NCBI GenBank assembly: GCA_017478965.1
Contig: JAFVCV010000038.1
Location: 23,977 to 87,976, forward strand
Direction: 5' to 3'
Source of the DNA: Ruminococcus sp.
Lineage (GTDB): Bacteria > Bacillota > Clostridia > Oscillospirales > Ruminococcaceae
DNA: 64,000 nucleotides
Program-made: the position numbers and the translations under genes
The notes under the pieces: model-generated
The model's database searches: none
Told to the model about the DNA's origin: nothing
The model's input: the letters and a program-made list of their open reading frames with translations, nothing else
Part shown: positions 56,200 through 64,000 of the stretch, piece by piece
Layout: every line of letters begins with the position of its first letter
How positions within the stretch are numbered: the stretch's first letter is position 1

Positions 56200-56227
56200 T
56201 TGACTTTCATCTGTGTTGTGGTATAAT
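56200..56227 (+). promoter_or_regulatory. Sigma-A type promoter of the GGDEF-sensor / SBP pair
   Basis: TTGACT (56200-56205), a 16-nt spacer, then TGgTATAAT (TATAAT at 56222-56227). Confidence 0.5.
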
Positions 56228-56333
56228 GGTAAATGGTATTTAGATCTGCATCAGATGGGGCTATCCCGGAAAGGAGGCGGCGCTTACGGAAAAGGATAAG
56301 AAGGCGGGCAATGTCAGGCACGCTGTTTCGAGA

Positions 56334-57758
56334 ATGACTTTTTTCTATGTTCTTATACTGGTAGTGACCTGCGGGATAGTGCTGGGGTATTCGGGCTATA
56401 TGCACTATGACAGGCAGCTCCAGTCAGAGGCCGGGCTGCTTTCGGCGGCTGCCGCTGAGACCGGGTCTGCGGTGGAGATATATATGAACAAGCTCTCCGA
56501 TGCCGCTGTAGTGCTGATCTCAGGGGAGGAGTGGAAGGAGCTCGACCCGGAGTTCTCCACGGCCGATGAGTTCGAGCGGGCGGTGCAGAATGAAAGGCTC
56601 GATGACAGGATAACCGAGCTGGGGCTTATGGACAATTACTGCGATTTTGCGGTGGTCTACAGCGACGGCACCTGCGCCGGCAAGCTCTCCGAGGGCAGCC
56701 GGGACCTGCTGACTAAGGACGGGACGGACCTTTATGAGGCTGTCAGCGGCATCTATGAGCAGAACGGCGGCTATGCGGGAGCCGTTTCGGGAGACTACCG
56801 GAGGATATTCTACATCTGTCAGGCCAGCAGGAGCGCTTATTTTATCGGAAGCTTTTATGCCGCAGAGCTTTCTAACATGATAATCCCCTCCCACAATGTG
56901 GAGGACCTGAGATTTTATCTGACCGACGGCCTGGGGCGGATAGTTTTCAGCAACGATACGGACTGGAGCATAAAGCTGCCCAAGGACAAGGCGGACAGCT
57001 ATGTGCATATCGAGCACGAGCAGCTCACTGCGGGGGAACGCCTTGACAGCGGCTGGCGGCTGGTGATGATAAAGGACCTGAGTGAAACGGCGGCCCTTTA
57101 CAGACGCTATGCTATCGAGACTGCGGCGGTGATCTCAGCGGCGCTGATAGTGCTGATAGTTTTCAATGTGATGAATACCAGGGCCGAGGGCATCTATCCG
57201 GCGAATATGACGGTCAGCCCTTCAATTGACGCTCTGACGGGCCTTAACAATGCGGAGGACGCTGAGAACCTTATCGCAGACAGGCTGGAGACCTGCATTC
57301 AGGGCTCCACGATAATGATAGCTCTGGTGAGCATAATCAATCTGCATGAGATAGAGAAAAAGTACGACAGGTCGGCCTATAACGGTTCCATCATCAAGAC
57401 CTACAGGGCCATGGCGGAGTATTTCGGCACTGACCGGCCGGAGACAAAGAACATCATCGGCAGGACCGGTGAGAACGAGTTCGTCATCTATGCGGATTTT
57501 GCCGAGTATGACCTTTTCAAGGCTACGGACAGGATAAAGGAGAGCCTGGAGGAACTGAGCGAAAGGTTCAGTGGAGTATATATCCAGGAGCCGGGGGACG
57601 TGCAGATAAGGGTCGGCGCATCGGTCTATCCTATTTTCAGCACGGACTATGACGAGCTTTACGACCAGGCCAAGGAGGTGCTGGAAAAGTCCATTGACAG
57701 CAGCGGGCAGATCTGGGCGCTTTACAGCAACAAGGAAGGCAAGGGTGGTCACAGATGA
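56334..57758 (+). CDS. Membrane sensor with an extracytoplasmic (Cache-like) domain and a degenerate GGDEF domain
   Basis: An N-terminal TM helix, a ~240-aa extracytoplasmic region and a second TM (AAVISAALIVLIVF) are followed by a GGDEF fold (DALTGLNN...). The active-site motif reads RTGENEF instead of RxGGDEF. Confidence 0.72.
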   Translation: MTFFYVLILVVTCGIVLGYSGYMHYDRQLQSEAGLLSAAAAETGSAVEIYMNKLSDAAVVLISGEEWKELDPEFSTADEFERAVQNERLDDRITELGLMDNYCDFAVVYSDGTCAGKLSEGSRDLLTKDGTDLYEAVSGIYEQNGGYAGAVSGDYRRIFYICQASRSAYFIGSFYAAELSNMIIPSHNVEDLRFYLTDGLGRIVFSNDTDWSIKLPKDKADSYVHIEHEQLTAGERLDSGWRLVMIKDLSETAALYRRYAIETAAVISAALIVLIVFNVMNTRAEGIYPANMTVSPSIDALTGLNNAEDAENLIADRLETCIQGSTIMIALVSIINLHEIEKKYDRSAYNGSIIKTYRAMAEYFGTDRPETKNIIGRTGENEFVIYADFAEYDLFKATDRIKESLEELSERFSGVYIQEPGDVQIRVGASVYPIFSTDYDELYDQAKEVLEKSIDSSGQIWALYSNKEGKGGHR

Positions 57759-59026
57759 GGCGGTCGATAGGCAGGAGCGCTGCGGCAGTTCTGTGTGCTG
57801 CGGCGATACTGGGAATGAGCGGGTGCAGCGATGTTTTCGAGACTACCGTATATAATGAGGACAATAAGGAGATAAGCTTTTCCTGGTGGGGCGGCGACGA
57901 CAGGAACGAGCGGACACTAATGGGTCTTGCCGTGTTCAAGGAACAGTACGGCATCACTGTCAGGCCGGAGTATTCGGAGTTCGAGGGGTTTAAGAAGAAG
58001 ATGGACTCGCAGCTCATCTCCGGTAACGAGGCTGATGTGATGCAGCTCAACTACGACTGGCTCTATCAGTATTCTCCGGACGGTGAGGGCTTTTATGACC
58101 TCAGTCTGCTTTCGGCGGTGGTGGACCTTTCAACTTATCCGGAGGGGAGCCTGGAGTGCGGCACCATAAACGGCAAGCTCATCGCAGTGCCATACAGCTT
58201 CAACGCACAGACTTTCATATATAACAGGACCATGTACGAAAGATACGGTCTTGAGCTGCCCAGGACCTGGGATGACCTTTTTGACGCAGCAAAGGTCATG
58301 GTCCCCGACGGGGTCCACCCCATGGCGATGACGGAGAAGAACATCTGGCTGTGCAGCTGCGCTTATTTCGAGCAGACTACCGGCAGAAAGCTTTTTGACG
58401 GCACCGACCGGCTGGACCTGAGCGCAGATGATTATGAGATACTGATAGGCTTTGCCTGCGACCTGCTTGACAAGGGAGTGACAAGGCTCGGCTCACAGTA
58501 TGACCGGCAGGACCTGGCAAGGGGACAGGTGGCCGGTGTGCTGACCTGGGCTTCGGACCCGGGATATTTTGAGAAGGCAGCCTGGGAGAACTCTTTCAGC
58601 ATCGAGATAGGGGACTATCTCACCACTGCTGACCCTAAGCTCTACGGCTGGTATGTAAAGCCAACGGGGGTCTACGCCGTCAGCAAGGATACGAAGGAAC
58701 CTCAGGCCGCAGGAAAGTTGCTGAACTATCTGATTAACAGCTCGGATATGGCGGCCATGCTGGAAATGAGCAAGGGCGTGCCGGTGAGCCGGTCGGCTAT
58801 GGAGACTCTGGAGGCCCGTGATCTTCTGGACGGCATCGAGCACAAGGCTACCCAGAAGATAAACGATACCCCGCAGCTGGGCGTCATGAGCCCGTACATC
58901 GAAAACGACGGCTTTATAACCGCCTTTACGGACCTTTACACCGAGGTCTACTACGGCAGGTCTACGGTGGAGGAGGCCGCAGCGCAGGCTGCGGAGACTA
59001 TGAACAGCATCAGGATAGTATGGTGA
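57755..59026 (+). CDS. Family-1 extracellular solute-binding lipoprotein (sugar-type ABC SBP) without adjacent permease genes
   Basis: It has the lipobox LGMSGC and SFSWWGGDDRNE and other carbohydrate SBP-like motifs. The start overlaps the previous gene as ATGA. Confidence 0.82.
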   Translation: MRRSIGRSAAAVLCAAAILGMSGCSDVFETTVYNEDNKEISFSWWGGDDRNERTLMGLAVFKEQYGITVRPEYSEFEGFKKKMDSQLISGNEADVMQLNYDWLYQYSPDGEGFYDLSLLSAVVDLSTYPEGSLECGTINGKLIAVPYSFNAQTFIYNRTMYERYGLELPRTWDDLFDAAKVMVPDGVHPMAMTEKNIWLCSCAYFEQTTGRKLFDGTDRLDLSADDYEILIGFACDLLDKGVTRLGSQYDRQDLARGQVAGVLTWASDPGYFEKAAWENSFSIEIGDYLTTADPKLYGWYVKPTGVYAVSKDTKEPQAAGKLLNYLINSSDMAAMLEMSKGVPVSRSAMETLEARDLLDGIEHKATQKINDTPQLGVMSPYIENDGFITAFTDLYTEVYYGRSTVEEAAAQAAETMNSIRIVW

Positions 59027-59033
59027 GAAATGC

Positions 59034-59067
59034 AAAAAAAGCGCCGCAGGCACTGCCTGCGGCGTTT
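59034..59067. terminator. Bidirectional terminator between the SBP gene and convergent thrS
   Basis: CGCCGCAGG (59042-59050) pairs with CCTGCGGCG (59056-59064). AAAAAAA lies on one flank and TTT on the other. Confidence 0.78.
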
Positions 59068-59071
59068 GATA

Positions 59072-61015
59072 TTATTTTGCCTTTGTGCGTATCTCTTCGT
59101 CAAGCTTTGCGATAATGTCGTCAACGGGAACGTTCGGCATCTCGCCTTCTTTTCTGGAGCGTACAGTTACTGTGCCGGCGGCGACTTCGTTGTCGCCTAC
59201 GATGAGCATATAGGGTATCCTGTCAAGACGTGCCTGCTTTATCTTGGGGCCGATGTTATCGTCCTCGGCGTCAACAGTCACTCTCATGCCCATTTCGGCC
59301 ATTCTGTCGGCTATCTTCTGAGCGTAGCCGTTGTGCTCAGGCTTGATGGGCAGCACCCTTACCTGCTCGGGGGCTAACCAAAGGGGCAGCACTCCTGCAT
59401 ACTTCTCCAGCAGAAGAGCCAGGGTCCTTTCATAGCAGCCCACGGAAGTTCTGTGGATTATATAAGGCATCTTCATCTTGCCGTCCTTGTCAACATACTC
59501 CATGCCGAATTTCTTGGCTATCTGCATATCTATCTGGATAGTGATAAGAGTGTCCTCCTTGCCGAAAACATTCTTTATCTGTATATCCAGCTTTGGTCCG
59601 TAGAAGGCAGCCTCGTCAATTCCGATGTCGTAATCAAGGCCTATGTCGTCAAGTATCTTCTTCATAGCGCCCTGGGCAAGGTCCCACTGCTCGGCAGTGC
59701 CTTCGTACTTGTCCTTTCTGTTGGGGTCCCACTGAGAGAAACGGTAGCTTACGTCCTCTGCAAGGCCGATAGTTTCCAGGCAGTACTTGGCCAGTGCCAG
59801 ACAGCCCTTGAATTCATCCTCCAGCTGCTCGGGCCTGATGATGAGATGCCCCTCGGATATGGTGAACTGCCTTACCCTGATAAGGCCGTGCATCTCGCCG
59901 CTGTCCTCATTCCTGAAAAGAGTTGACGTTTCACCCAGTCTCATGGGCAGGTCCCTGTAGGAACGCTTTCTGTTGAGAAATACCTGATACTGGAACGGAC
60001 AGGTCATTGGCCTCAACGCAAAGCACTCTTTCGTATCGTCGTCCGGATCCCCCAGAATGAACATACCGTCACGATAGTGGTCCCAGTGACCGCTTATCAT
60101 ATAAAGGTCTTTCTTCGACATGAAAGGCGTTTTCGTCAGCTGATAGCCTCTCTTGTACTCCTCGTCCTCTATCCATCTCTGAAGGGTCTGTATGACCTTA
60201 GCGCCCTTGGGCAGCAGTATAGGCAGGCCCTGCCCGATATAGTCCACCGTTGTGAAATACTCCAGCTCACGGCCGATCTTGTTGTGGTCACGGAGCTTGG
60301 CCTCCTCCATCTGCTTCAGGTGCGCCTCCAGCAGCGACGCCTTGGGGAAGGCTGTGCCATAGATCCTTGACATCACTTTGCCGTCCTCAGCCTTGCCCCA
60401 GTATGCTCCTGTACACTGAGTGAGCTTGACGGCCTTCACAGGCGCAACGCTCATAAGATGGGGACCGGCGCAGAGGTCGATGAAGTCTCCCTGCTGATAG
60501 AAGCTCAGAGCTTCGCCTCTGTCATTGTGCTTTTCTATAAGCTCTACTTTGTAGTCCTCATTTCTCTCTTTCATAAGGGCCAGAGCATCCTCATAGCCAA
60601 GCTCGGACCTGGTCAGCTCATAGCCCTCTTTGGCCAGCCTTTTCATCTCGGCTTCCAGCTTTTCCAGGTCGGCGGGAGTAAAGGGCTTCTCAACATCAAA
60701 ATCATAATAGAACCCAGTTTCCGTAGCGGGCCCTCTGCCAAGCTTTGCGCCGGGGTAGAGATCTTTGACAGCCTGCGCCAACAGGTGGGACGCAGTGTGC
60801 CAGAATACCTCCTTGCCGGCCTTTGAATCAAATGTCATTACCTCGAACTCGCAGCTGCTGTCGATGACCGTCCTCAGATCTCTGACCTCGCCGTTTATCT
60901 TCACACAGCAGGCGGCCTTGTAAAGCCCCATGCCAATGCCCTTTATTATCTCACAGGCGGGCATAGCCTGCTCGATCTCCCTGACCGAACCGTCTTTAAG
61001 TTTCAGCTCTATCAT
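59072..61015 (-). CDS. thrS: Threonine--tRNA ligase
   Basis: This 647-aa protein has a TGS domain N-terminus, an editing domain (HTASHLLAQA) and class II motifs (FRNEDSGEMHGLIRVRQF, GFYGPKLD). A C-terminal anticodon-binding domain is present. Confidence 0.96.
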   Translation of the reverse strand: MIELKLKDGSVREIEQAMPACEIIKGIGMGLYKAACCVKINGEVRDLRTVIDSSCEFEVMTFDSKAGKEVFWHTASHLLAQAVKDLYPGAKLGRGPATETGFYYDFDVEKPFTPADLEKLEAEMKRLAKEGYELTRSELGYEDALALMKERNEDYKVELIEKHNDRGEALSFYQQGDFIDLCAGPHLMSVAPVKAVKLTQCTGAYWGKAEDGKVMSRIYGTAFPKASLLEAHLKQMEEAKLRDHNKIGRELEYFTTVDYIGQGLPILLPKGAKVIQTLQRWIEDEEYKRGYQLTKTPFMSKKDLYMISGHWDHYRDGMFILGDPDDDTKECFALRPMTCPFQYQVFLNRKRSYRDLPMRLGETSTLFRNEDSGEMHGLIRVRQFTISEGHLIIRPEQLEDEFKGCLALAKYCLETIGLAEDVSYRFSQWDPNRKDKYEGTAEQWDLAQGAMKKILDDIGLDYDIGIDEAAFYGPKLDIQIKNVFGKEDTLITIQIDMQIAKKFGMEYVDKDGKMKMPYIIHRTSVGCYERTLALLLEKYAGVLPLWLAPEQVRVLPIKPEHNGYAQKIADRMAEMGMRVTVDAEDDNIGPKIKQARLDRIPYMLIVGDNEVAAGTVTVRSRKEGEMPNVPVDDIIAKLDEEIRTKAK

Positions 61016-61187
61016 AAAAATACCTCCTAAGAAATTCAGTTATCCTGTTGATGCTCACGGTGTGATCTGTACGTATAAGGCGCACGCAATGCGGCGGTAT
61101 AGCCAATGCTCCCTGGCAAACTGTAAAATATCCTGTTTTTATCTGCCCTTCGCATAGTATCATCACCCCCCTGGCCCGCAGCCGGAT

Positions 61188-61450
61188 AAAAAAAGCCCCA
61201 CGCAAGCTCTCGCTCACATGGGACGTTATAAACGTGGTTCCACCCAGTTTCACAGGGACACAAAAACACGGACCCTGCCTCATAAAGTCTTTAACGCAGA
61301 ACTGCGGCGTGTATTGGACGCACTCCGGGGCGGTTTCTGTAAACGCTGCAAAACGCCTTGCTTTCAGCCGGTGACAAGGCTCTCTTTCGTTCTGCCTTCG
61401 CATGAACAGCTTCCCCATCAAAGTTTTGAAATATATGTGCCTTCGCACTT
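61188..61450 (-). promoter_or_regulatory. T-box leader (tRNA-Thr sensing) of thrS
   Basis: The minus-strand reading shows an AGAGA-type box (GAAAGAGAGCC) and GGCTGAAAG. The T-box core is CTGGGTGGAACCACG (plus-strand 61233-61247). A terminator hairpin ending in GGGGCTTTTTTT follows (A-run 61188-61194 on plus). A candidate specifier GAA-ACC-G places a Thr ACC codon at 61332-61334. Confidence 0.75.
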
Positions 61451-61456
61451 GTATAC

Positions 61457-61485
61457 ATTCTAGCACTATATCCCAAAAATGTCAA
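61457..61485 (-). promoter_or_regulatory. Sigma-A type promoter of the thrS leader
   Basis: On the minus strand: TTGACA (61480-61485), a 17-nt spacer, then TAGAAT (61457-61462). Confidence 0.5.
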
Positions 61486-61546
61486 GTAGATATTTGTACA
61501 GTAAATAGAAATTTAAATTTTTTTGTACAAATAACTAAAAAACACC

Positions 61547-61575
61547 TTGACAATTTCGGCAAATTATTATACAAT
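61547..61575 (+). promoter_or_regulatory. Candidate promoter upstream of rny
   Basis: TTGACA (61547-61552), a 17-nt spacer, then TACAAT (61570-61575). This would give a leader of about 275 nt. Confidence 0.4.
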
Positions 61576-61855
61576 AGTATTGTGCATTTATGTTTTTATT
61601 ATTAGTTCGTCATGGCCCGCCGGGCGTGGCAGTCGGAGTTAAAGCAGGAAAAAAGATGACTTTTAACGCTTAGATCGGGTCTTTGCAGCGCAGAGATGCG
61701 CTGTGATCTATGGCGATGAAAATAAAATTATTTTTGCAATTTGTATCTTTACAATTTAATATCGGTGGCAGGACCGTTTTATGAGATGAGCGCAGCCTCA
61801 GGGGGCGCTTTCAGGGACGGACTTGCCATACTTTCAAGAAGGAGGAAAGCTATAC

Positions 61856-63421
61856 ATGCATCCGATCGTAATTGTACTACTGTGTGTAGCAGCTCTGATC
61901 CTTGGTGCAGCAGTCAGCGGCTATATCGCTTTCAATAAGGGCGTTGAATACCGCAAGAAGACTGCCGAGGCAGCCTTCGGTTCCGCCGAGGCTGAAGCGG
62001 AAAAGATAGTGGATGAAGCTAAAAAGGAAGCAGAAACGCTGAAAAAGGCTGCGCTGGTCGAGGCGAAGGACGAGATCCATAAGTCGAGACAGGAGACCGA
62101 GAAGGAGCTAAAGGAAAGAAGGAGCGAGGTTTCGAGACAGGAGAGAAGGATCCAGCAGAAGGAAGAGTCTATCGACAGGAAGCTGGACAACCTTGAAAAG
62201 AAAGAGGAGACACTTCAGAAAAAGCTGAGATCCGCCGACGAGAAGGTACAGGAGGCCGACAGGATCAAGAATTCGCAGCTGGATATGCTGGAGAAGATCT
62301 CGCAGTTCTCGGTTGAGCAGGCTAAGGAATATCTGCTCAGTCAGCTTGAAGACGAGCTTGTCCACGAGAAGGCAGTGAAGATCTCGGCTTTCGAGTCACA
62401 GATCAAGGAAGAGTGCGACGCCAAGGCAAGGCAGTATGTTTCACTTGCCATAGCAAGGTGTGCAGCTGACCAGGTTTCTGAGACTGCGGTATCGGTAGTT
62501 GCTTTGCCCAACGATGAGATGAAGGGCAGGATCATAGGCCGTGAGGGACGCAACATCAGGACCATCGAAACGCTCACAGGCGTTGACCTTATCATCGACG
62601 ATACTCCTGAGGCTATCACCATATCATGCTTTGACCAGGTAAGGCGTGAGGTCGCAAGGATAGCCCTTGAAAAACTTATCCAGGACGGACGCATACATCC
62701 TACCAGGATCGAAGAGATGGTGGAGAAGGCCAAGCGTGAGGTCGAGCTGAAGATAAAGCAGGAGGGCGAAAGGGCAGTGCTGGAGACCAATGTACACGGT
62801 CTCAACCACGAGCTCATCAAACTTCTGGGACGTCTGAGGTTCAGGACCAGCTACAGGCAGAACGTTCTCAACCATTCCATCGAGGTAGCTCATCTGGCGG
62901 GCATGATGGCGTCGGAGCTTGGTGTAGATGCAAACCTTGCAAGGCGTGCAGGACTTCTGCATGATATAGGCAAGGCGCTGAGCTATGAGATAGAGGGTTC
63001 GCACGTACAGATAGGCGTTGACGTCTGCAAGAAGTATAAGGAGAGCCCTGATGTTATCCATGCGATAGAGGCACATCACGGCGACGTTGAGACCAGGACC
63101 GTGGTCGCTGCCCTTGTGCAGGCGGCAGATGCTATCTCGGCAGCAAGGCCCGGAGCAAGAAGCGAGAATTACGAGAACTACATCAAGAGACTTCAGAAGC
63201 TGGAGGAGATCTGTACCTCTTATGAGGGCGTTGAGAAATCCTATGCTATACAGGCCGGCAGAGAAGTCAGGATAATGATAGCACCTGAGAAGATCAATGA
63301 TGAGAAGATGGTGCTGGTTGCACGGGAGATAGCCAAGAGGATAGAGACAGAGATGGACTATCCGGGACAGATAAAGGTAAATCTCATTCGTGAGAGCAGA
63401 GCAGTTGAATATGCAAAGTAG
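61856..63421 (+). CDS. rny: Ribonuclease Y
   Basis: An N-terminal TM helix is followed by a long K/E-rich coiled coil and a KH domain ([12 protein letters not shown]). The HD domain carries [10 protein letters not shown]...LLHDIGKA. The ATG at 61856 follows AAGGAGGA. Confidence 0.93.
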   Translation: MHPIVIVLLCVAALILGAAVSGYIAFNKGVEYRKKTAEAAFGSAEAEAEKIVDEAKKEAETLKKAALVEAKDEIHKSRQETEKELKERRSEVSRQERRIQQKEESIDRKLDNLEKKEETLQKKLRSADEKVQEADRIKNSQLDMLEKISQFSVEQAKEYLLSQLEDELVHEKAVKISAFESQIKEECDAKARQYVSLAIARCAADQVSETAVSVVALPNDEMKGRIIGREGRNIRTIETLTGVDLIIDDTPEAITISCFDQVRREVARIALEKLIQDGRIHPTRIEEMVEKAKREVELKIKQEGERAVLETNVHGLNHELIKLLGRLRFRTSYRQNVLNHSIEVAHLAGMMASELGVDANLARRAGLLHDIGKALSYEIEGSHVQIGVDVCKKYKESPDVIHAIEAHHGDVETRTVVAALVQAADAISAARPGARSENYENYIKRLQKLEEICTSYEGVEKSYAIQAGREVRIMIAPEKINDEKMVLVAREIAKRIETEMDYPGQIKVNLIRESRAVEYAK

Positions 63422-63448
63422 ACCGCTCGAGGGATAATAAAAATGAAA

Positions 63449-63478
63449 AGCGGGCAAAGAGATTTGTCCGCTTTTTTG
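63449..63478 (+). terminator. Rho-independent terminator of rny
   Basis: AGCGGGCAAA pairs with TTTGTCCGCT and is followed by TTTTTT. Confidence 0.8.
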
Positions 63479-63495
63479 TTACGGAGGTTGAAGAT

Positions 63496-64000
63496 ATGGG
63501 CAACAGCGATAAAGAGACAGGGACGGTTAAGGAGCGCAAGCACCTTTTCGGCTCGACGGAGAAGTCCGACTTTATACTGAATATGGACTTTGACGGGGCG
63601 CAGAAGATGTGCGGGGCCTTTTGTCTGGCGTCTATGGCCATAGTGTCGGCCCTGGCCATACCGGCCTATTTCACACAGGAGGTAGGCCTTTATACAGAGG
63701 GCAACTATACCCATGTATTAAGTGAAAATTTCATATTTTATTCAGCGGCATTGATGATGCTGATGGGCTGGCTGGGTATGCTGGTGTTCAGGATAGCCTG
63801 CACGAAGGGGCTGGTAAAACTAAGCTCCAACAAGCTCATGAGCCTCGGGCTGGGGGTCATAGCCGTGTCCCTTATCTCGGGACTTTGCTCGGTGAACATC
63901 ACTACCTCTGTTTTCGGCCTTCTGGGAAGGCATGAGGGCATACTGAGCATAGCGGCCTGTTTCGGGCTGTTTGCGGTGGCAGCGGCCGTAAGCGACAGAA
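63496..64000 (+). CDS. Multi-pass membrane protein, 5' part (runs off the window); possibly O-antigen ligase/polymerase-like
   Basis: The ATG at 63496 follows GGAGG, and the frame stays open to base 64000. The translation has several hydrophobic helices (FCLASMAIVSALAI, FYSAALMMLMGWLGMLVF, LGLGVIAVSLISGL) and the segment VFGLLGRHEGILS. The family assignment is tentative. Confidence 0.55.
   Translation, partial: MGNSDKETGTVKERKHLFGSTEKSDFILNMDFDGAQKMCGAFCLASMAIVSALAIPAYFTQEVGLYTEGNYTHVLSENFIFYSAALMMLMGWLGMLVFRIACTKGLVKLSSNKLMSLGLGVIAVSLISGLCSVNITTSVFGLLGRHEGILSIAACFGLFAVAAAVSDR

Noticed and set aside
1-64000. Mobile genetic elements, prophage, CRISPR-Cas, and tRNA/rRNA genes.
   Set aside because: No transposase, integrase or recombinase motifs, no spaced direct-repeat arrays, and no tRNA-like cloverleaf candidates were noticed on either strand. 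Absence cannot be proven without tRNAscan or Infernal.

Overview
This is a densely coding, GC-rich chromosomal segment. Its gene content (RNase Y, a T-box-controlled thrS, reverse rubrerythrin, [FeFe]-hydrogenase maturases, the anaerobic cbi pathway) suggests an anaerobic Firmicute of the class Clostridia. That placement is an inference, since the window holds no rRNA or tRNA. No transposase, integrase, CRISPR array or prophage genes were recognised. Layout: (1) 1-12035 is the distal part of an anaerobic cobalamin biosynthesis operon (cbiG-H-J-ET-A, cobT-U-S, a short cobU-like gene, cobC, cbiB, cobD, cobQ, cbiC), with many overlapping stop/start codons. (2) 12066-18382 is a cobalamin-riboswitch-controlled uptake operon. 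It encodes two surface lipoproteins (an exported CbiK-like protein and a duplicated-domain protein), a BtuFCD-like transporter, and a decayed response-regulator/histidine-kinase remnant. (3) 18524-25706 is a self-contained five-gene operon with its own promoter and terminator: a membrane-anchored dynamin-like GTPase, an M48-like protein lacking its zinc ligands, a second dynamin-like GTPase, a Q/N/Y-rich TerD-domain protein, and an AIM24-family protein. I consider it a candidate undescribed membrane-stress or anti-phage module. (4) 25836-38155 holds carbohydrate genes (AGE-family epimerase, PHP phosphoesterase, MtnA-like isomerase, GH5 lipoprotein), a heterodimeric ABC exporter, an orphan prepilin-type protein, glycogen phosphorylase and a DUF378 protein. 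(5) 38338-51246 holds a TM1266-type regulator followed by an 11-gene translationally coupled operon: hydF-hydE, two complete nitrogenase-like H/D/K trios, then hypF-hypC-hypD. The window has no hydrogenase structural gene, hydG, hypE or nifB. This is my top candidate for a novel metallocofactor or reductase system. (6) 51246-64000 is housekeeping: DUF1015, secA, reverse rubrerythrin, a degenerate GGDEF sensor coupled to an orphan solute-binding protein, thrS with its T-box leader, rny, and the 5' end of a membrane protein gene. All functional calls rest on motif recognition by eye. No database search could be run.
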